From the NCBI GenBank assembly GCA_041665205.1, contig JBAYJI010000001.1, positions 1 to 63,748 of the forward strand: 63,748 nt of DNA. Direction: 5' to 3'. Below are positions 1 through 9,039 of this stretch, one piece after another. Both the position numbers and the translations under genes were made by a program. The stretch comes from Minisyncoccota bacterium. Lineage in GTDB: Bacteria > Patescibacteriota > Minisyncoccia > Phycocordibacterales > Phycocordibacteraceae. Position 1 is the stretch's first letter, and the number at the start of each line of letters is the position of its first letter. The notes under the pieces were generated by a model. That model made no database searches and was not told the DNA's origin. It saw only the letters and a list, made by a program, of their open reading frames with translations.

Positions 1-1
1 A

Positions 2-949
2 TATAAACTGAATCTTCTCATCGCGCACCAATACATTGAGCAGATGGAAGAGGAGGTGCGTGATGCCGTCTTCGGTAACGTCGGCACGACGGTCGTCTTC
101 CGCGTCGGTCCGTTTGACGCTGAAGTGCTCGAGACAATCTTTATGCCCAAGTTCACCAAGGAGGACGTGGTTGCGCTCGATAAGCGACAGGTCTACCTCT
201 CGCTTATGATCGACGGTGTCGGATCAGCACCCTTCTCAGCGGTGACGATACCGCCGATTGAGCCCCCGCCTGTCTCGTACCGAGAACGGGTCATCGCCTC
301 GTCACGCGAACAGTTCACTGCAGAGCGTGCGGGCGTCGAGAACGTCATTGTAGAAGAGCTCGCCGCGAGTGCCGCCTCACCGGCTCCCTTTGATGCGCGA
401 ATGAAGAAGAAGCCGGCTCCTCTCGAGCGCCCGCCGACACCCCCTCTACGGCAGGCAGCATCGCCGATGCCTCCAAGAGAGGAGAGGCCGCTGCCTCCGG
501 TTTCGCAGGGCATAGCGCCAAGACCGTTTGTTAAGCGAGAAGAGGCTCCTCGCCCCCCTGAGCGGCGAATGGACCCACCCCGCGAACAGAAGAGGGAGGT
601 CGCACGGCCACCCGTGGTGACGAAGAGTGCTGAAGAGCTGAAGGCGATTCTCCGTACCATGACGACGAAGACGGGAATGGAGAAGGAGCAGAAGCAGACA
701 GAGAACAAGCAATCGCTCAAGGGAGCTCTTGCCGAGGTATTGCAGAAGAGTCAGCAGCCCCGACGTCCGCAAGGGCCGGAGCCCCGACCGATAGCGCCGG
801 AAGAAATGCAAAAACCCGCGGCGGCGGAGCCGCCACGGGCAGCTCCGACGTCGGAAGTCGGAACGCCGACCGCAAGCGTCGGGAAAGAGAAGAAACCCTT
901 CGAGGTGTCAGAAGAGGCCCTGCGCAAGGTGTTAAAAGGCGAATCATAA
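2..949 (+). CDS. Type IV secretion/conjugation coupling-protein-like ATPase (VirD4/TraG/TraD type), C-terminal part; gene enters from the left edge; long Pro/Arg/Glu-rich tail
   Basis: Frame is open from nt 2 (YKLNLLIAHQYIEQMEEEVRDAVFGNVGTTVVFRVGPFDAE...), a block I recognise from the C-terminal region of T4 coupling proteins. ORF-track entry 44..949 starts at an internal Met. Residues ~95-300 are low complexity (PPTPPLRQAASPMPPREERPLPP...). Stop TAA 947-949. Confidence 0.6.
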   Translation, partial: YKLNLLIAHQYIEQMEEEVRDAVFGNVGTTVVFRVGPFDAEVLETIFMPKFTKEDVVALDKRQVYLSLMIDGVGSAPFSAVTIPPIEPPPVSYRERVIASSREQFTAERAGVENVIVEELAASAASPAPFDARMKKKPAPLERPPTPPLRQAASPMPPREERPLPPVSQGIAPRPFVKREEAPRPPERRMDPPREQKREVARPPVVTKSAEELKAILRTMTTKTGMEKEQKQTENKQSLKGALAEVLQKSQQPRRPQGPEPRPIAPEEMQKPAAAEPPRAAPTSEVGTPTASVGKEKKPFEVSEEALRKVLKGES

Positions 950-958
950 CCTCTCCCT

Positions 959-2101
959 ATGCGCATTGTCGGTCTGATCACCCTGGTCATTCTCCTCCCC
1001 GCACTCGTGTATGCGGTAGCGCTTATAAATATCAACACCGCAGACGCGGCGCTTCTCGATACGTTGCCGGGTATCGGACCGACAAAGGCGACGGCTATCA
1101 TCGACTATCGCACGCAGCACGGGCCGTTCGCCCGGATTGAGGATATCCAGAACGTCAGTGGTATCGGCGCGAGCACCTACACAGATATCAAGTCGCTCAT
1201 CACGGTCGGCGACACAAGCTCGTCGGGCTCGGGAGAGAGCGCGTCGTCGACACCGAGCGTTGCACCGGCTGCGTCGACCTATGTGCCGCCGCCCGCTGAT
1301 CTTGTGGTAGAGATTGGAGAGAACCGTGTGGCGATGCTTGAAGTGCCGCTGCGCCTCTTCGCGCGCGTCACTACCAAGGGCGGCGCAGTCGACCAGTCGG
1401 CGCACGTCTCATGGAGCTTCGGCGACGGCTCCTCGGCAGTCGGCAACTCGGCCGAGAAGGTGTATCGCTACGCGGGTACGTATCTCATCACCGTCGACGC
1501 TGTCGATGGCTCGACAACGGCGCACGACGAGATCGTCGCCACCGCGAAACAGGCGAAGGTGCATCTCCCTCCGGTCTCGGGCGACGGCATTTTAATTGCA
1601 AATGATTCAGACGAGCGCCTCGACCTCTCCGGTTGGCGGCTACTCTCTGAGACCGGCTCGTTCCGTATCCCAAGCGGCATGACCGTCTTGCCCTCCTCGA
1701 GCGTGCTGCTCCCCTTTACCATAACGAACTTACCGATAGCGAGTGAGGCAACGCTCGTGTATCCCGACGGTGTGATAGCGGCGCGTTCGACCGTGCCCGC
1801 CGCAGCCACCGTTGCGGCTGCCGCGCAACTTCTCGAGCCTGCGGCCCGTTCTAATGAAGTGCAGACAGCCGAAGAAGCTCCGCCTGCAGAGACTATCAGC
1901 GTAAGCGCTCCCGCACATGAGAACACAGCAGTAGGCGCCCCCACAGCGACGATAGAGCTCGCGGCTGTGGGGGCAGCATTGCCCGCTCTCGAAGAGGCTC
2001 CGACGACCACGTCCCAGATCCCTCGTTTCCTCCGTTCACCCTGGACGCTCAGCTTTCTCGGTCTTATGACACTTGCGGGCAGCGCTTTCATCTTTCTCTA
2101 A
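959..2101 (+). CDS. comEA: ComEA-type helix-hairpin-helix DNA-binding protein fused to PKD-like and lamin-tail (LTD)-like domains, with N- and C-terminal hydrophobic segments
   Basis: N-terminal TM/signal LITLVILLPALVYA. Tandem HhH ININTADAALLDTLPGIGPTKATAIIDYR...IEDIQNVSGIGASTYTDIK. PKD-like SWSFGDGSSAVGNSAEKVYRYAGTYLITVDAVDG. LTD-like ILIANDSDERLDLSGWRL. C-terminal WTLSFLGLMTLAGSAFIFL. Confidence 0.8.
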   Translation: MRIVGLITLVILLPALVYAVALININTADAALLDTLPGIGPTKATAIIDYRTQHGPFARIEDIQNVSGIGASTYTDIKSLITVGDTSSSGSGESASSTPSVAPAASTYVPPPADLVVEIGENRVAMLEVPLRLFARVTTKGGAVDQSAHVSWSFGDGSSAVGNSAEKVYRYAGTYLITVDAVDGSTTAHDEIVATAKQAKVHLPPVSGDGILIANDSDERLDLSGWRLLSETGSFRIPSGMTVLPSSSVLLPFTITNLPIASEATLVYPDGVIAARSTVPAAATVAAAAQLLEPAARSNEVQTAEEAPPAETISVSAPAHENTAVGAPTATIELAAVGAALPALEEAPTTTSQIPRFLRSPWTLSFLGLMTLAGSAFIFL

Positions 2102-2137
2102 TTCGCATTAAAACCTCTTGTATACTAGGCTCCAAGC

Positions 2138-3583
2138 ATGGATAGCAAAAAACTCATCCTCGTGACTGGCGGTGCGGGCTTTATCGGCTCGCACCTCTGC
2201 GCGCGCCTGGTAAAAGGGGGGCATACCGTCATCTCTCTCGACAACTATTTTGCCGGCAGTCGTGAGAATCATGTTGCCGGCGTCGACTATCGTGAGGGCC
2301 ATACCAAGGATGTCGAGAAGCATGTTCCCGAGGCGCCCGACCTCGTCTACCACCTCGGTGAGTATTCGCGCGTCGAGAAGAGCTTTGAAGATGTGGAGCA
2401 GGTGTGGGACCTGAATCAGTTCGGCACCTTTGCAGTGCTTGAGTTCGCGCGCCGTCGCGGCGCGAAGTTGGTCTATGCAGGGTCATCGACCAAGTTTAGC
2501 GACGGCGGCACCGGACGCGACCAGAGCCCCTACGCGTGGAGCAAGGCGAGCATGACTGACCTCGTGAGAAATTATGGCGACTGGTTCGGCCTCAACTACG
2601 CGATCACCTATTTCTATAATGTGTATGGGCCACAGGAGCGTGCGGGTGCGATGGGCACGGTTGTAGCTATTTTCAAAGAGCAGTACAAGCGAGGACTTCC
2701 GCTCGGTGTGGTCGCTCCAGGGACGCAAGAGCGCGTCTTTACGCACGTGCACGATATCGTCGATGGTCTCATCGTTGTCGGCGCACAAGGAGTTGGCGAT
2801 GGTTACGGTATCGGCAGCGAGGAGAGTTACTCGATCCTCAACCTCGCGAAGCTCTTCGGGAGAGAGGTTATCATGCTCCCCGAGCGGCAGGGGAATCGTA
2901 TGCAGGCAGCGGTTGATACGGCGAAGACACGCTCGCTCGGCTGGGCGCCGCGCCGCCTGCTCGCCGACGATATTGCGGCGTTTGTGCGGGACGCTAAGTC
3001 GGAGACGGCTCCCGAGAAGCGTATCCTCGTCTTCACGACCACCTTCCACCCGATATCCGGCCCGGCCGAGAACGCACTCTGCGAGCTTATGTCTAAGATG
3101 CCTGACGTACATTTCGACATCATCACCGCCGCGCACGCGAAAGAGGCGCTCGATATCCCTTGCATCGTGGAGAACGGGACGGTCTATCGTGTCGGCTTCG
3201 GTAACCGTTTTGATAAATTCCTCTTGCCATTTTTCGGCACGCATAAGGCGCTCAAGCTCGCAGATAAACACAAATATCTCTTCGCCTGGTCAATCATGGC
3301 GAGTTATGGCACGCTCCCGGCGGTCGCCGTGCGAAGAGGGAAGCTCATCCCACTTCTCGTAACGCTCGCCGACCAATCGCTCTCTTGGTACGAACGACTC
3401 TTCCTGCGGCTTATCCTCTCGCAGACTGACCAGGTCTACACCTCGACGCCAGAGCAAGGTGAGAAACTCATCTCGCTTGAGAAGCGCATGCGCGCGCGCA
3501 AGTCGCTCGGCGCGGGCGACTCCTTCGCCAACCAGATCCGCTTCGCCTATTCCGCAATCTTGCGCAAACACAATGTCAGATAA
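2138..3583 (+). CDS. NAD-dependent sugar epimerase/dehydratase (extended SDR) fused to a ~180-aa domain resembling the N-terminal half of a GT-B glycosyltransferase
   Basis: Rossmann motif LVTGGAGFIGSHL and YAWSK catalytic-type motif in the first ~300 aa. Residues ~305-481 (KRILVFTTTFHPISGPAENALCELMSKMPDVHFDII...) resemble GT4 N-terminal halves. Stop overlaps the next start by 11 nt. Confidence 0.8.
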   Translation: MDSKKLILVTGGAGFIGSHLCARLVKGGHTVISLDNYFAGSRENHVAGVDYREGHTKDVEKHVPEAPDLVYHLGEYSRVEKSFEDVEQVWDLNQFGTFAVLEFARRRGAKLVYAGSSTKFSDGGTGRDQSPYAWSKASMTDLVRNYGDWFGLNYAITYFYNVYGPQERAGAMGTVVAIFKEQYKRGLPLGVVAPGTQERVFTHVHDIVDGLIVVGAQGVGDGYGIGSEESYSILNLAKLFGREVIMLPERQGNRMQAAVDTAKTRSLGWAPRRLLADDIAAFVRDAKSETAPEKRILVFTTTFHPISGPAENALCELMSKMPDVHFDIITAAHAKEALDIPCIVENGTVYRVGFGNRFDKFLLPFFGTHKALKLADKHKYLFAWSIMASYGTLPAVAVRRGKLIPLLVTLADQSLSWYERLFLRLILSQTDQVYTSTPEQGEKLISLEKRMRARKSLGAGDSFANQIRFAYSAILRKHNVR

Positions 3584-4799
3584 AAAAACAAAGAAGATCC
3601 TCATCTTCTCGCTCGCGTATTATCCGAACTTCGTCGGCGGCGCGGAGGTCGCCATCAAAGAGATCACTGACCGGATATCGTCTGAGGAGTACGAGTTCCA
3701 CATGGTGACGCTCCGCTTCGATTCTCATCTGCCGAAAATGGAGAAGATCGGGAACGTCATCGTTCACCGTATCGGTTTCACCCGGCCGGCGCCGACCATC
3801 AGCGACCTGAAGAAGTTCCCGCTCTTCTTGAACAAATACTGGTTCCAGTTCGCGACAGCCTTTATCGCTGCGCGGCTCCATCGGCAGTATCGCTTCGACG
3901 GCACGTGGGCGATGATGGCGCACTCCTGCGGCATCCCGGCAGGCATCTTCAAGACGCTCCGCCCCGAGGTGCCCTATCTTCTCACGCTTCAAGAAGGCGA
4001 TCCGCTCGAGCACATCGAGCGGATCGCGCGGCCGGTATGGCCCTTGTTTAAGCGCGGATTCACGAAAGCGGATGCGCTCCAGTGCATCTCGACGTTCCTG
4101 CTCGCGTGGGGTCGGCGCATGGGATTTGCCGGACACGCAGAGGTCATCCCGAACGGGGTCGATATCGAGCGTTTTTCGCATGCGTTTTCTAAAGAAGCGG
4201 TCGCGGCGAAGCGGCAGGAGCTCGGCAAGAATACTGGAGATATCTTCTTGGTAACGACGTCGCGGTTGCTGCACAAAAACGGTATCGACGATGTGATCCG
4301 CGCGCTTCGCGCACTCCCCAAGCATGTGCATTTTCTCGTATATGGCGTCGGTCCTGATGACGCGAAGCTCAAGGGCCTCGCGGCAGAACAGGGCGTCGCA
4401 GGGCGGGTGCACTTCAAGGGGCACCTAGGGCACGCCGAGATACCGCTCGTATTCCGGGCCTGCGACATTTTCATCCGCCCGAGCCGTTCGGAGGGCATGG
4501 GCATCTCATTCGTCGAAGCGATGGCGGCGGGGTTGCCCGTCGTCGCAACGCAAGAGGGCGGTATCGCCGACTTCCTCTACGACGCGAAGAGGAATCCTGA
4601 CAAGGAGCCGACCGGCTGGGCGGTAGACAAGGATTCTCCCGAGCAGATTGCAGAGGCAGTGAGAGACATCCTCGCACATCCCGAGCAGGTCGCGCGGGTT
4701 AAAGCGACTGCGAAGAAGATGGTCTTTGAGCGATACGACTGGGATCTCATCGCACAGGAGATGAGAGAGGTCTTCGCCCATCTCCTCGAAAACCGCTAG
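3573..4799 (+). CDS. Glycosyltransferase family 4 (GT-B)
   Basis: RPSRSEGMGISFVEAMAAGLPVVAT (E-x7-E). Start moved from ORF-track 3459 to ATG 3573 (MSDKKTKKILIFSLAYYP) because the upstream extension is Arg/Ser-rich out-of-frame overlap with the previous gene. Confidence 0.85.
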   Translation: MSDKKTKKILIFSLAYYPNFVGGAEVAIKEITDRISSEEYEFHMVTLRFDSHLPKMEKIGNVIVHRIGFTRPAPTISDLKKFPLFLNKYWFQFATAFIAARLHRQYRFDGTWAMMAHSCGIPAGIFKTLRPEVPYLLTLQEGDPLEHIERIARPVWPLFKRGFTKADALQCISTFLLAWGRRMGFAGHAEVIPNGVDIERFSHAFSKEAVAAKRQELGKNTGDIFLVTTSRLLHKNGIDDVIRALRALPKHVHFLVYGVGPDDAKLKGLAAEQGVAGRVHFKGHLGHAEIPLVFRACDIFIRPSRSEGMGISFVEAMAAGLPVVATQEGGIADFLYDAKRNPDKEPTGWAVDKDSPEQIAEAVRDILAHPEQVARVKATAKKMVFERYDWDLIAQEMREVFAHLLENR

Positions 4800-4808
4800 A
4801 ATACCCGT

Positions 4809-5903
4809 ATGCGGCTCGTTATCGCGACACCCTTATATCCGCCCGAGATAGGCGGTCCCGCGACCTACGCGAAGCTCCTCTTTGAAGGGCTGCCCGGAAA
4901 GGGGGTCAGCGTGGAGCTCGTGAAGTTCAGTGATGTCCGGCATTTGCCGAAGATTGTCCGGCACTACGTGTATTACCGGCGCGTGCTAAAGGCGGCTCGG
5001 CGCGCAGACGTGGTGCTCGCCCTCGACCCGGTCTCGGTCGGTCTGCCGGCACAGAAGGCGGCCGAGAAGGCGGGTAAGCCGTTTGTGGTGAAGATTGTCG
5101 GCGACTACGCGTGGGAGCAGGGGCAGCAGCGATTTGGCGTCACACAGACGCTCGACGAATTTGTACAAGAGAAGAAAGTGTCGCTCCCTCTCCGTGTCCT
5201 CCGGCAGATCCAGACTCGTGTGGCGCTCGCCGCCGCGAAGGTACTCGTCCCGAGCGGCTATTTGAAAAACGTGGTGACCGAATGGGGGGTCCCCAGCGAT
5301 GCGATACAGGTTGTCTACAACGCGGTGTCGCCTGAGGAGCCCGGTACCGTGCCGAGTGCGGTGATGGGGCTCCCGCGGCCCGTTGTGGTGACCGTGGGGC
5401 GTCTGGTGCCCTGGAAGGGTATGAGTGGCGTTATCGACAGCGTCGCCGGTCTGAGTGACGAAGGGGGCAAGGCCTCTCTGGTCATCGTCGGCGACGGACC
5501 GGACCATGTGCCGCTTATCTCACATGCCGAGAAGGCGCTTGAGGGTAGATGTATCTTCACGGGCGCGCTCCCGCACGCGGATACGCTTGCGACGATGAAG
5601 TATGCCGATGTGCTTGTGCTCAACTCTTCATATGAGGGCCTCTCGCACATCCTTATCGAGGCACTCATGCTCGGCGTGCCGGTCGTTGCGACAGAGGTCG
5701 GTGGCAACACCGAGGTGATACAGGACGGAGAGAATGGCCTCCTGGTCCCCTTCGGAGACACCGCCGCACTCAGCGGGGCGCTCGCGCGTATACTTAAAGA
5801 AGGGAAGCTACGCTCGCACATCTCGGCGCGTGCGCTCGAGTCGGCAAAGCGCTTTGAGGTCGAAACGATGCTCAGAGAGACGGCGAATCTTCTCAAGGTA
5901 TGA
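4809..5903 (+). CDS. Glycosyltransferase family 4
   Basis: MRLVIATPLYPPEIGGPATY N-terminus. NSSYEGLSHILIEALMLGVPVVATEVGG E-x7-E motif. Confidence 0.85.
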   Translation: MRLVIATPLYPPEIGGPATYAKLLFEGLPGKGVSVELVKFSDVRHLPKIVRHYVYYRRVLKAARRADVVLALDPVSVGLPAQKAAEKAGKPFVVKIVGDYAWEQGQQRFGVTQTLDEFVQEKKVSLPLRVLRQIQTRVALAAAKVLVPSGYLKNVVTEWGVPSDAIQVVYNAVSPEEPGTVPSAVMGLPRPVVVTVGRLVPWKGMSGVIDSVAGLSDEGGKASLVIVGDGPDHVPLISHAEKALEGRCIFTGALPHADTLATMKYADVLVLNSSYEGLSHILIEALMLGVPVVATEVGGNTEVIQDGENGLLVPFGDTAALSGALARILKEGKLRSHISARALESAKRFEVETMLRETANLLKV

Positions 5904-7042
5904 AAGTCCTATTTATCTCAAATGACTCGACACTATTCCTTGCGACGAGTGCATCGCGCGCCCGGATGCGTGCGTACGCCAGAGCGATAGAGGGTGAGCT
6001 CCATATCGTCTCGGTCGCGGGTTCTGACGCTCACGAAGAGCAGGAGGAGAATCTCTATCTCTACCCCGTGCATGCGTGGAAGATATTCCGCATCCGCGCA
6101 CTTGCCGCCCGCGCCCGCGCCCTTATCCTCGAACACGCAATCGAGGTCGTCTCGGCGCAAGATCCCTTCGAACACGGACTCGCGGCGCTCCGTGCTATTG
6201 CCGGTACAAATGCAAAACTGCATGTGCAGGTGCACACCGACTTCCTCTCTCCGTGGTTCATCCGAAGCGGTAACTGGCGCTCTCCGCGTGTGCGGATGCC
6301 ATTTCTCAATCGTTATCGTCTCGGTATTGCCGACCGTGTGTTGCCTGCAGCTGCGGGTATCCGCGTCGTATCTGAACGGGTGAAGGTGTCGCTCCTCGCC
6401 AAGTACGGGTCGCGTATCCCTGAGCCGTCGGTCATACCGGTCATGGTCGACGCGACGGTTCCCGCACTCGTGCACCTGCCTGCGCATCCTTTGTTTACCT
6501 TTGCACTTATCACCGTTGGCCGGCTCGAACCCGAGAAGCGCATCGAAGATATCCTCGCCGCGCTGAAGCTCGTCATCAATCACTATCCGATGGTGGGACT
6601 CTTTGTCGTCGGCGAGGGGAGCGAGCGCGGGAGGCTTGAGCGGATGACGCGTTCGCTCGACCTCACTGACAAGGTCGTCTTTCTCGGCGAGCGCGCCGAC
6701 GTGCGCTCGCTCATGCCCAGTGCGCAGGCATTTATCCAGGCGAGTGCCTATGAAGGGTACAGTCGTACCCTTGTCGAGGCGGCGCTCGCCAAGGTGCCGA
6801 TCATCACGACCGACGTCGGCATCGTCGGCGAAGTATTCAAGGGATACGAAGACGTGCTCGCGGTGCCGGTTGCCGACCCGACGGCGCTCTCGCTCAGCAT
6901 CGTCGGCTTTATTGAAGACAATCGAGTGCGACAAGAGCTCCCGATGCATGCCGAGACCACGGTGCGCGCGCACCTCGAATCTGTCGGCGATATCCCGGCG
7001 CGTATCGCAGCCGACCTCGCACGTGCAGCGGAAAGCGACTAA
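5900..7042 (+). CDS. Glycosyltransferase family 4
   Basis: ATGA stop-start overlap at 5900-5903. ASAYEGYSRTLVEAALAKVPIITTDVG motif. Confidence 0.85.
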   Translation: MKVLFISNDSTLFLATSASRARMRAYARAIEGELHIVSVAGSDAHEEQEENLYLYPVHAWKIFRIRALAARARALILEHAIEVVSAQDPFEHGLAALRAIAGTNAKLHVQVHTDFLSPWFIRSGNWRSPRVRMPFLNRYRLGIADRVLPAAAGIRVVSERVKVSLLAKYGSRIPEPSVIPVMVDATVPALVHLPAHPLFTFALITVGRLEPEKRIEDILAALKLVINHYPMVGLFVVGEGSERGRLERMTRSLDLTDKVVFLGERADVRSLMPSAQAFIQASAYEGYSRTLVEAALAKVPIITTDVGIVGEVFKGYEDVLAVPVADPTALSLSIVGFIEDNRVRQELPMHAETTVRAHLESVGDIPARIAADLARAAESD

Positions 7043-7102
7043 ACCCCTCGCGGGTCGGTTATAGAGCACATATGGTACCGGCATCGGCATCATGTTAAAG
7101 TC

Positions 7103-7969
7103 ATGCAAATGATTGCACACAAAGAGAATAAGCGACCCGTGGGCTTTATAGGCCAAGGGTACATCGGCAAGAATTATGCCGATGACTTCGAGAAGCGCGG
7201 CTTCTCGACCGTGCGGTATGCGCTTGAAGAGCCTTATCGGAACAATGAAGAGAAAATAAAAGAGTGCGACATCGTCTTCATCGCCGTGCCGACCCCAACA
7301 ACGCCGCAAGGTTTTGACGATTCAATCGTACGCGATGCGATCAGTCTCACGGAGATGGGGAGCATTGTTATCGTGAAGTCAACCATCGTGCCAGGTACGG
7401 CGAAATCGCTTCAGATGCAATATCCGGATTGCATCCTTTTTTATTCTCCCGAGTTTCTCTCCGAAGCGACTGCCGCGCACGATGCCGCGCATCCATTCTC
7501 GAATATCCTCGGTTTCGCTGTCGATGACGAGGCGCACCGCTTTGCGGCAGAGCGAGTACATGCGATCCTCCCGTCAGCACCCTTCTCGCTTACGTGTGAT
7601 AGTACGGAGGCGGAGATCATCAAATATGCGCACAATGGAAGCGGTTTTGTCGAAGTAGTCTTCTTCAATATCATGTATGAGCTCGCACAGAAACTCGGAG
7701 CGGATTGGGCGCCGGTAGAAAAAGCGATACAGGCCGATCCGTATGTCGCTCACCGGTATGCAAAGCCCGTCCACAAGACCGGTCGCGGCGCGGGCGGGCA
7801 TTGCTTCATCAAAGATTTTGCTGCGTTGCGCGGTTTGTGTGAACAGAAGGGTGTAGATGCTCTCGGAGTGTCGGTCCTTTCCGCACTCGAAAAGAAGAAC
7901 AATGCCCTCCTGAAGGGAAGCAATAAAGATTTGGATCTTCTGGAGGGTGTCTACGGAGATAGCGCATAA
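7103..7969 (+). CDS. Short UDP-glucose/GDP-mannose dehydrogenase-family protein (NAD-binding plus central catalytic domain, no C-terminal UDP-binding domain)
   Basis: VGFIGQGYIGKNY Rossmann, IVFIAVPTPT, VKSTIVPGT, YSPEFLSEATAAHD and catalytic-Cys region GGHCFIKD. Only 288 aa. Alternative start ATG 7109. Confidence 0.7.
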   Translation: MQMIAHKENKRPVGFIGQGYIGKNYADDFEKRGFSTVRYALEEPYRNNEEKIKECDIVFIAVPTPTTPQGFDDSIVRDAISLTEMGSIVIVKSTIVPGTAKSLQMQYPDCILFYSPEFLSEATAAHDAAHPFSNILGFAVDDEAHRFAAERVHAILPSAPFSLTCDSTEAEIIKYAHNGSGFVEVVFFNIMYELAQKLGADWAPVEKAIQADPYVAHRYAKPVHKTGRGAGGHCFIKDFAALRGLCEQKGVDALGVSVLSALEKKNNALLKGSNKDLDLLEGVYGDSA

Positions 7970-9039
7970 TGAAACTGCTTATCATCACTCAAGCGGTCGA
8001 TCAAGAGGATCCTGTCCTCGGGTTCTTCGTTCGTTGGATAGAAGAGTTTGCAAAGCAGATCGAACAGGTCGAGGTCATTTGTCTCAAGTCGGGGAAGCAC
8101 AATCTCCCTGAGAATGTACACGTGCACTCACTTGGGAAAGAAAGACGAACGACCGAAAGCGCCACCATATATGATAGTGTTTTCGGTCGTGTCCGGTATG
8201 CGTGGCGGTTCTTCTTGCTCGCGTGGCGTCTGCGCCGCAGCTATGACACGGTGTTCGTGCACATGAACCCCGAGTACGTTGTCCTTGGCGGTCCGCTCTG
8301 GCGTCTCTTAGGTAAGCGCATTGCGCTCTGGTACACGCACAAGAGCGTCAATCTGAAGCTCCGTCTCGCGGAACTCGTGGCGAATGATATGTTCACCGCC
8401 TCACCCGAAGGGTTCCTTCTTCGATCGCGCAAACTCCATGTTGTAGGACATGGTATAGACGCGGCAACGTTTCGTACCGCCATCGGATTGTTTCGGATGC
8501 CCCTGCGCATCGTGAGCGTCGGACGCATCACGCCAATCAAGAACCTCGATATCCTTGTTGAAGTGGTTGCGCTCCTGAAAGAGCGGGGAATTCTCGCGAC
8601 TGCAACCCTTATCGGGGAGCCTGCAAAACCTTCCGACGAAGCATATCGCGAGTCGCTCAGGGATCTTGCGAAGAGGCGGGGTATTTCAGACAGTATTATC
8701 TTTGCGGGAAGCGTGCCGTACGCACAGATGCCGGAGAAGTATCGCGACTTCGACCTGTCGGTGAATTTGAGTCCGACCGGTGGCATGGACAAGGCTGTAC
8801 TCGAATCTATGGCGGCAGGACTCCTCGTCTTCGTGTCCAATCGAGCTTTCGCGGGATTGTTCGGGCCGCATGCGCGCGAACTCATGTTTGATGAAAAGGA
8901 TGCGGCGGCCTGCGCCGACAAGATAGCCGCATTTACGCACCGAGGGGAGGATGTTGCGCACGTGCGCGCGGACTTACAAGGATGGGTCGAGACCATGAGC
9001 GTGCAGTCGCTTATACCGCGTATCCTTTCATATCTATGA
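7969..9039 (+). CDS. Glycosyltransferase family 4-like
   Basis: TAATG junction with the previous gene. MKLLIITQAVDQEDPVLGFFVRWIEEF N-terminus. GGMDKAVLESMAAGLLVFVSN C-terminal motif. Confidence 0.8.
   Translation: MKLLIITQAVDQEDPVLGFFVRWIEEFAKQIEQVEVICLKSGKHNLPENVHVHSLGKERRTTESATIYDSVFGRVRYAWRFFLLAWRLRRSYDTVFVHMNPEYVVLGGPLWRLLGKRIALWYTHKSVNLKLRLAELVANDMFTASPEGFLLRSRKLHVVGHGIDAATFRTAIGLFRMPLRIVSVGRITPIKNLDILVEVVALLKERGILATATLIGEPAKPSDEAYRESLRDLAKRRGISDSIIFAGSVPYAQMPEKYRDFDLSVNLSPTGGMDKAVLESMAAGLLVFVSNRAFAGLFGPHARELMFDEKDAAACADKIAAFTHRGEDVAHVRADLQGWVETMSVQSLIPRILSYL

Noticed and set aside
3459-3572. N-terminal extensions given by the ORF track for many genes (for example 3459, 8982, 9515, 18905, 20760, 21289, 25639, 33755, 35233, 43341, 44983, 51739, 52795, 54229)
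   Set aside because: The extensions overlap the 3' ends of upstream genes, are Arg/Ser/Pro-rich out-of-frame sequence, and a downstream ATG sits in a classic ATGA/short-overlap junction or right after a -10-like element. Family N-termini (for example MKLEEHVPLAPL for MurB, MAFVDEA for Obg) begin at the downstream ATG.
5933-7309. 458-aa minus-strand ORF antisense to the third GT4 gene. Similar long antisense or alternate-frame ORFs lie at 15278-16369, 45049-46662, 37860-38852, 41541-42662, 42784-43584, 2483-3271 and 27536-28306.
   Set aside because: Arg/His/Asp-rich composition typical of antisense frames in high-GC DNA. Each is fully overlapped by a plus-strand gene with clear family motifs (GT4, GT39, SecA, ABC transporter, Wzy_C, epimerase, amidotransferase).
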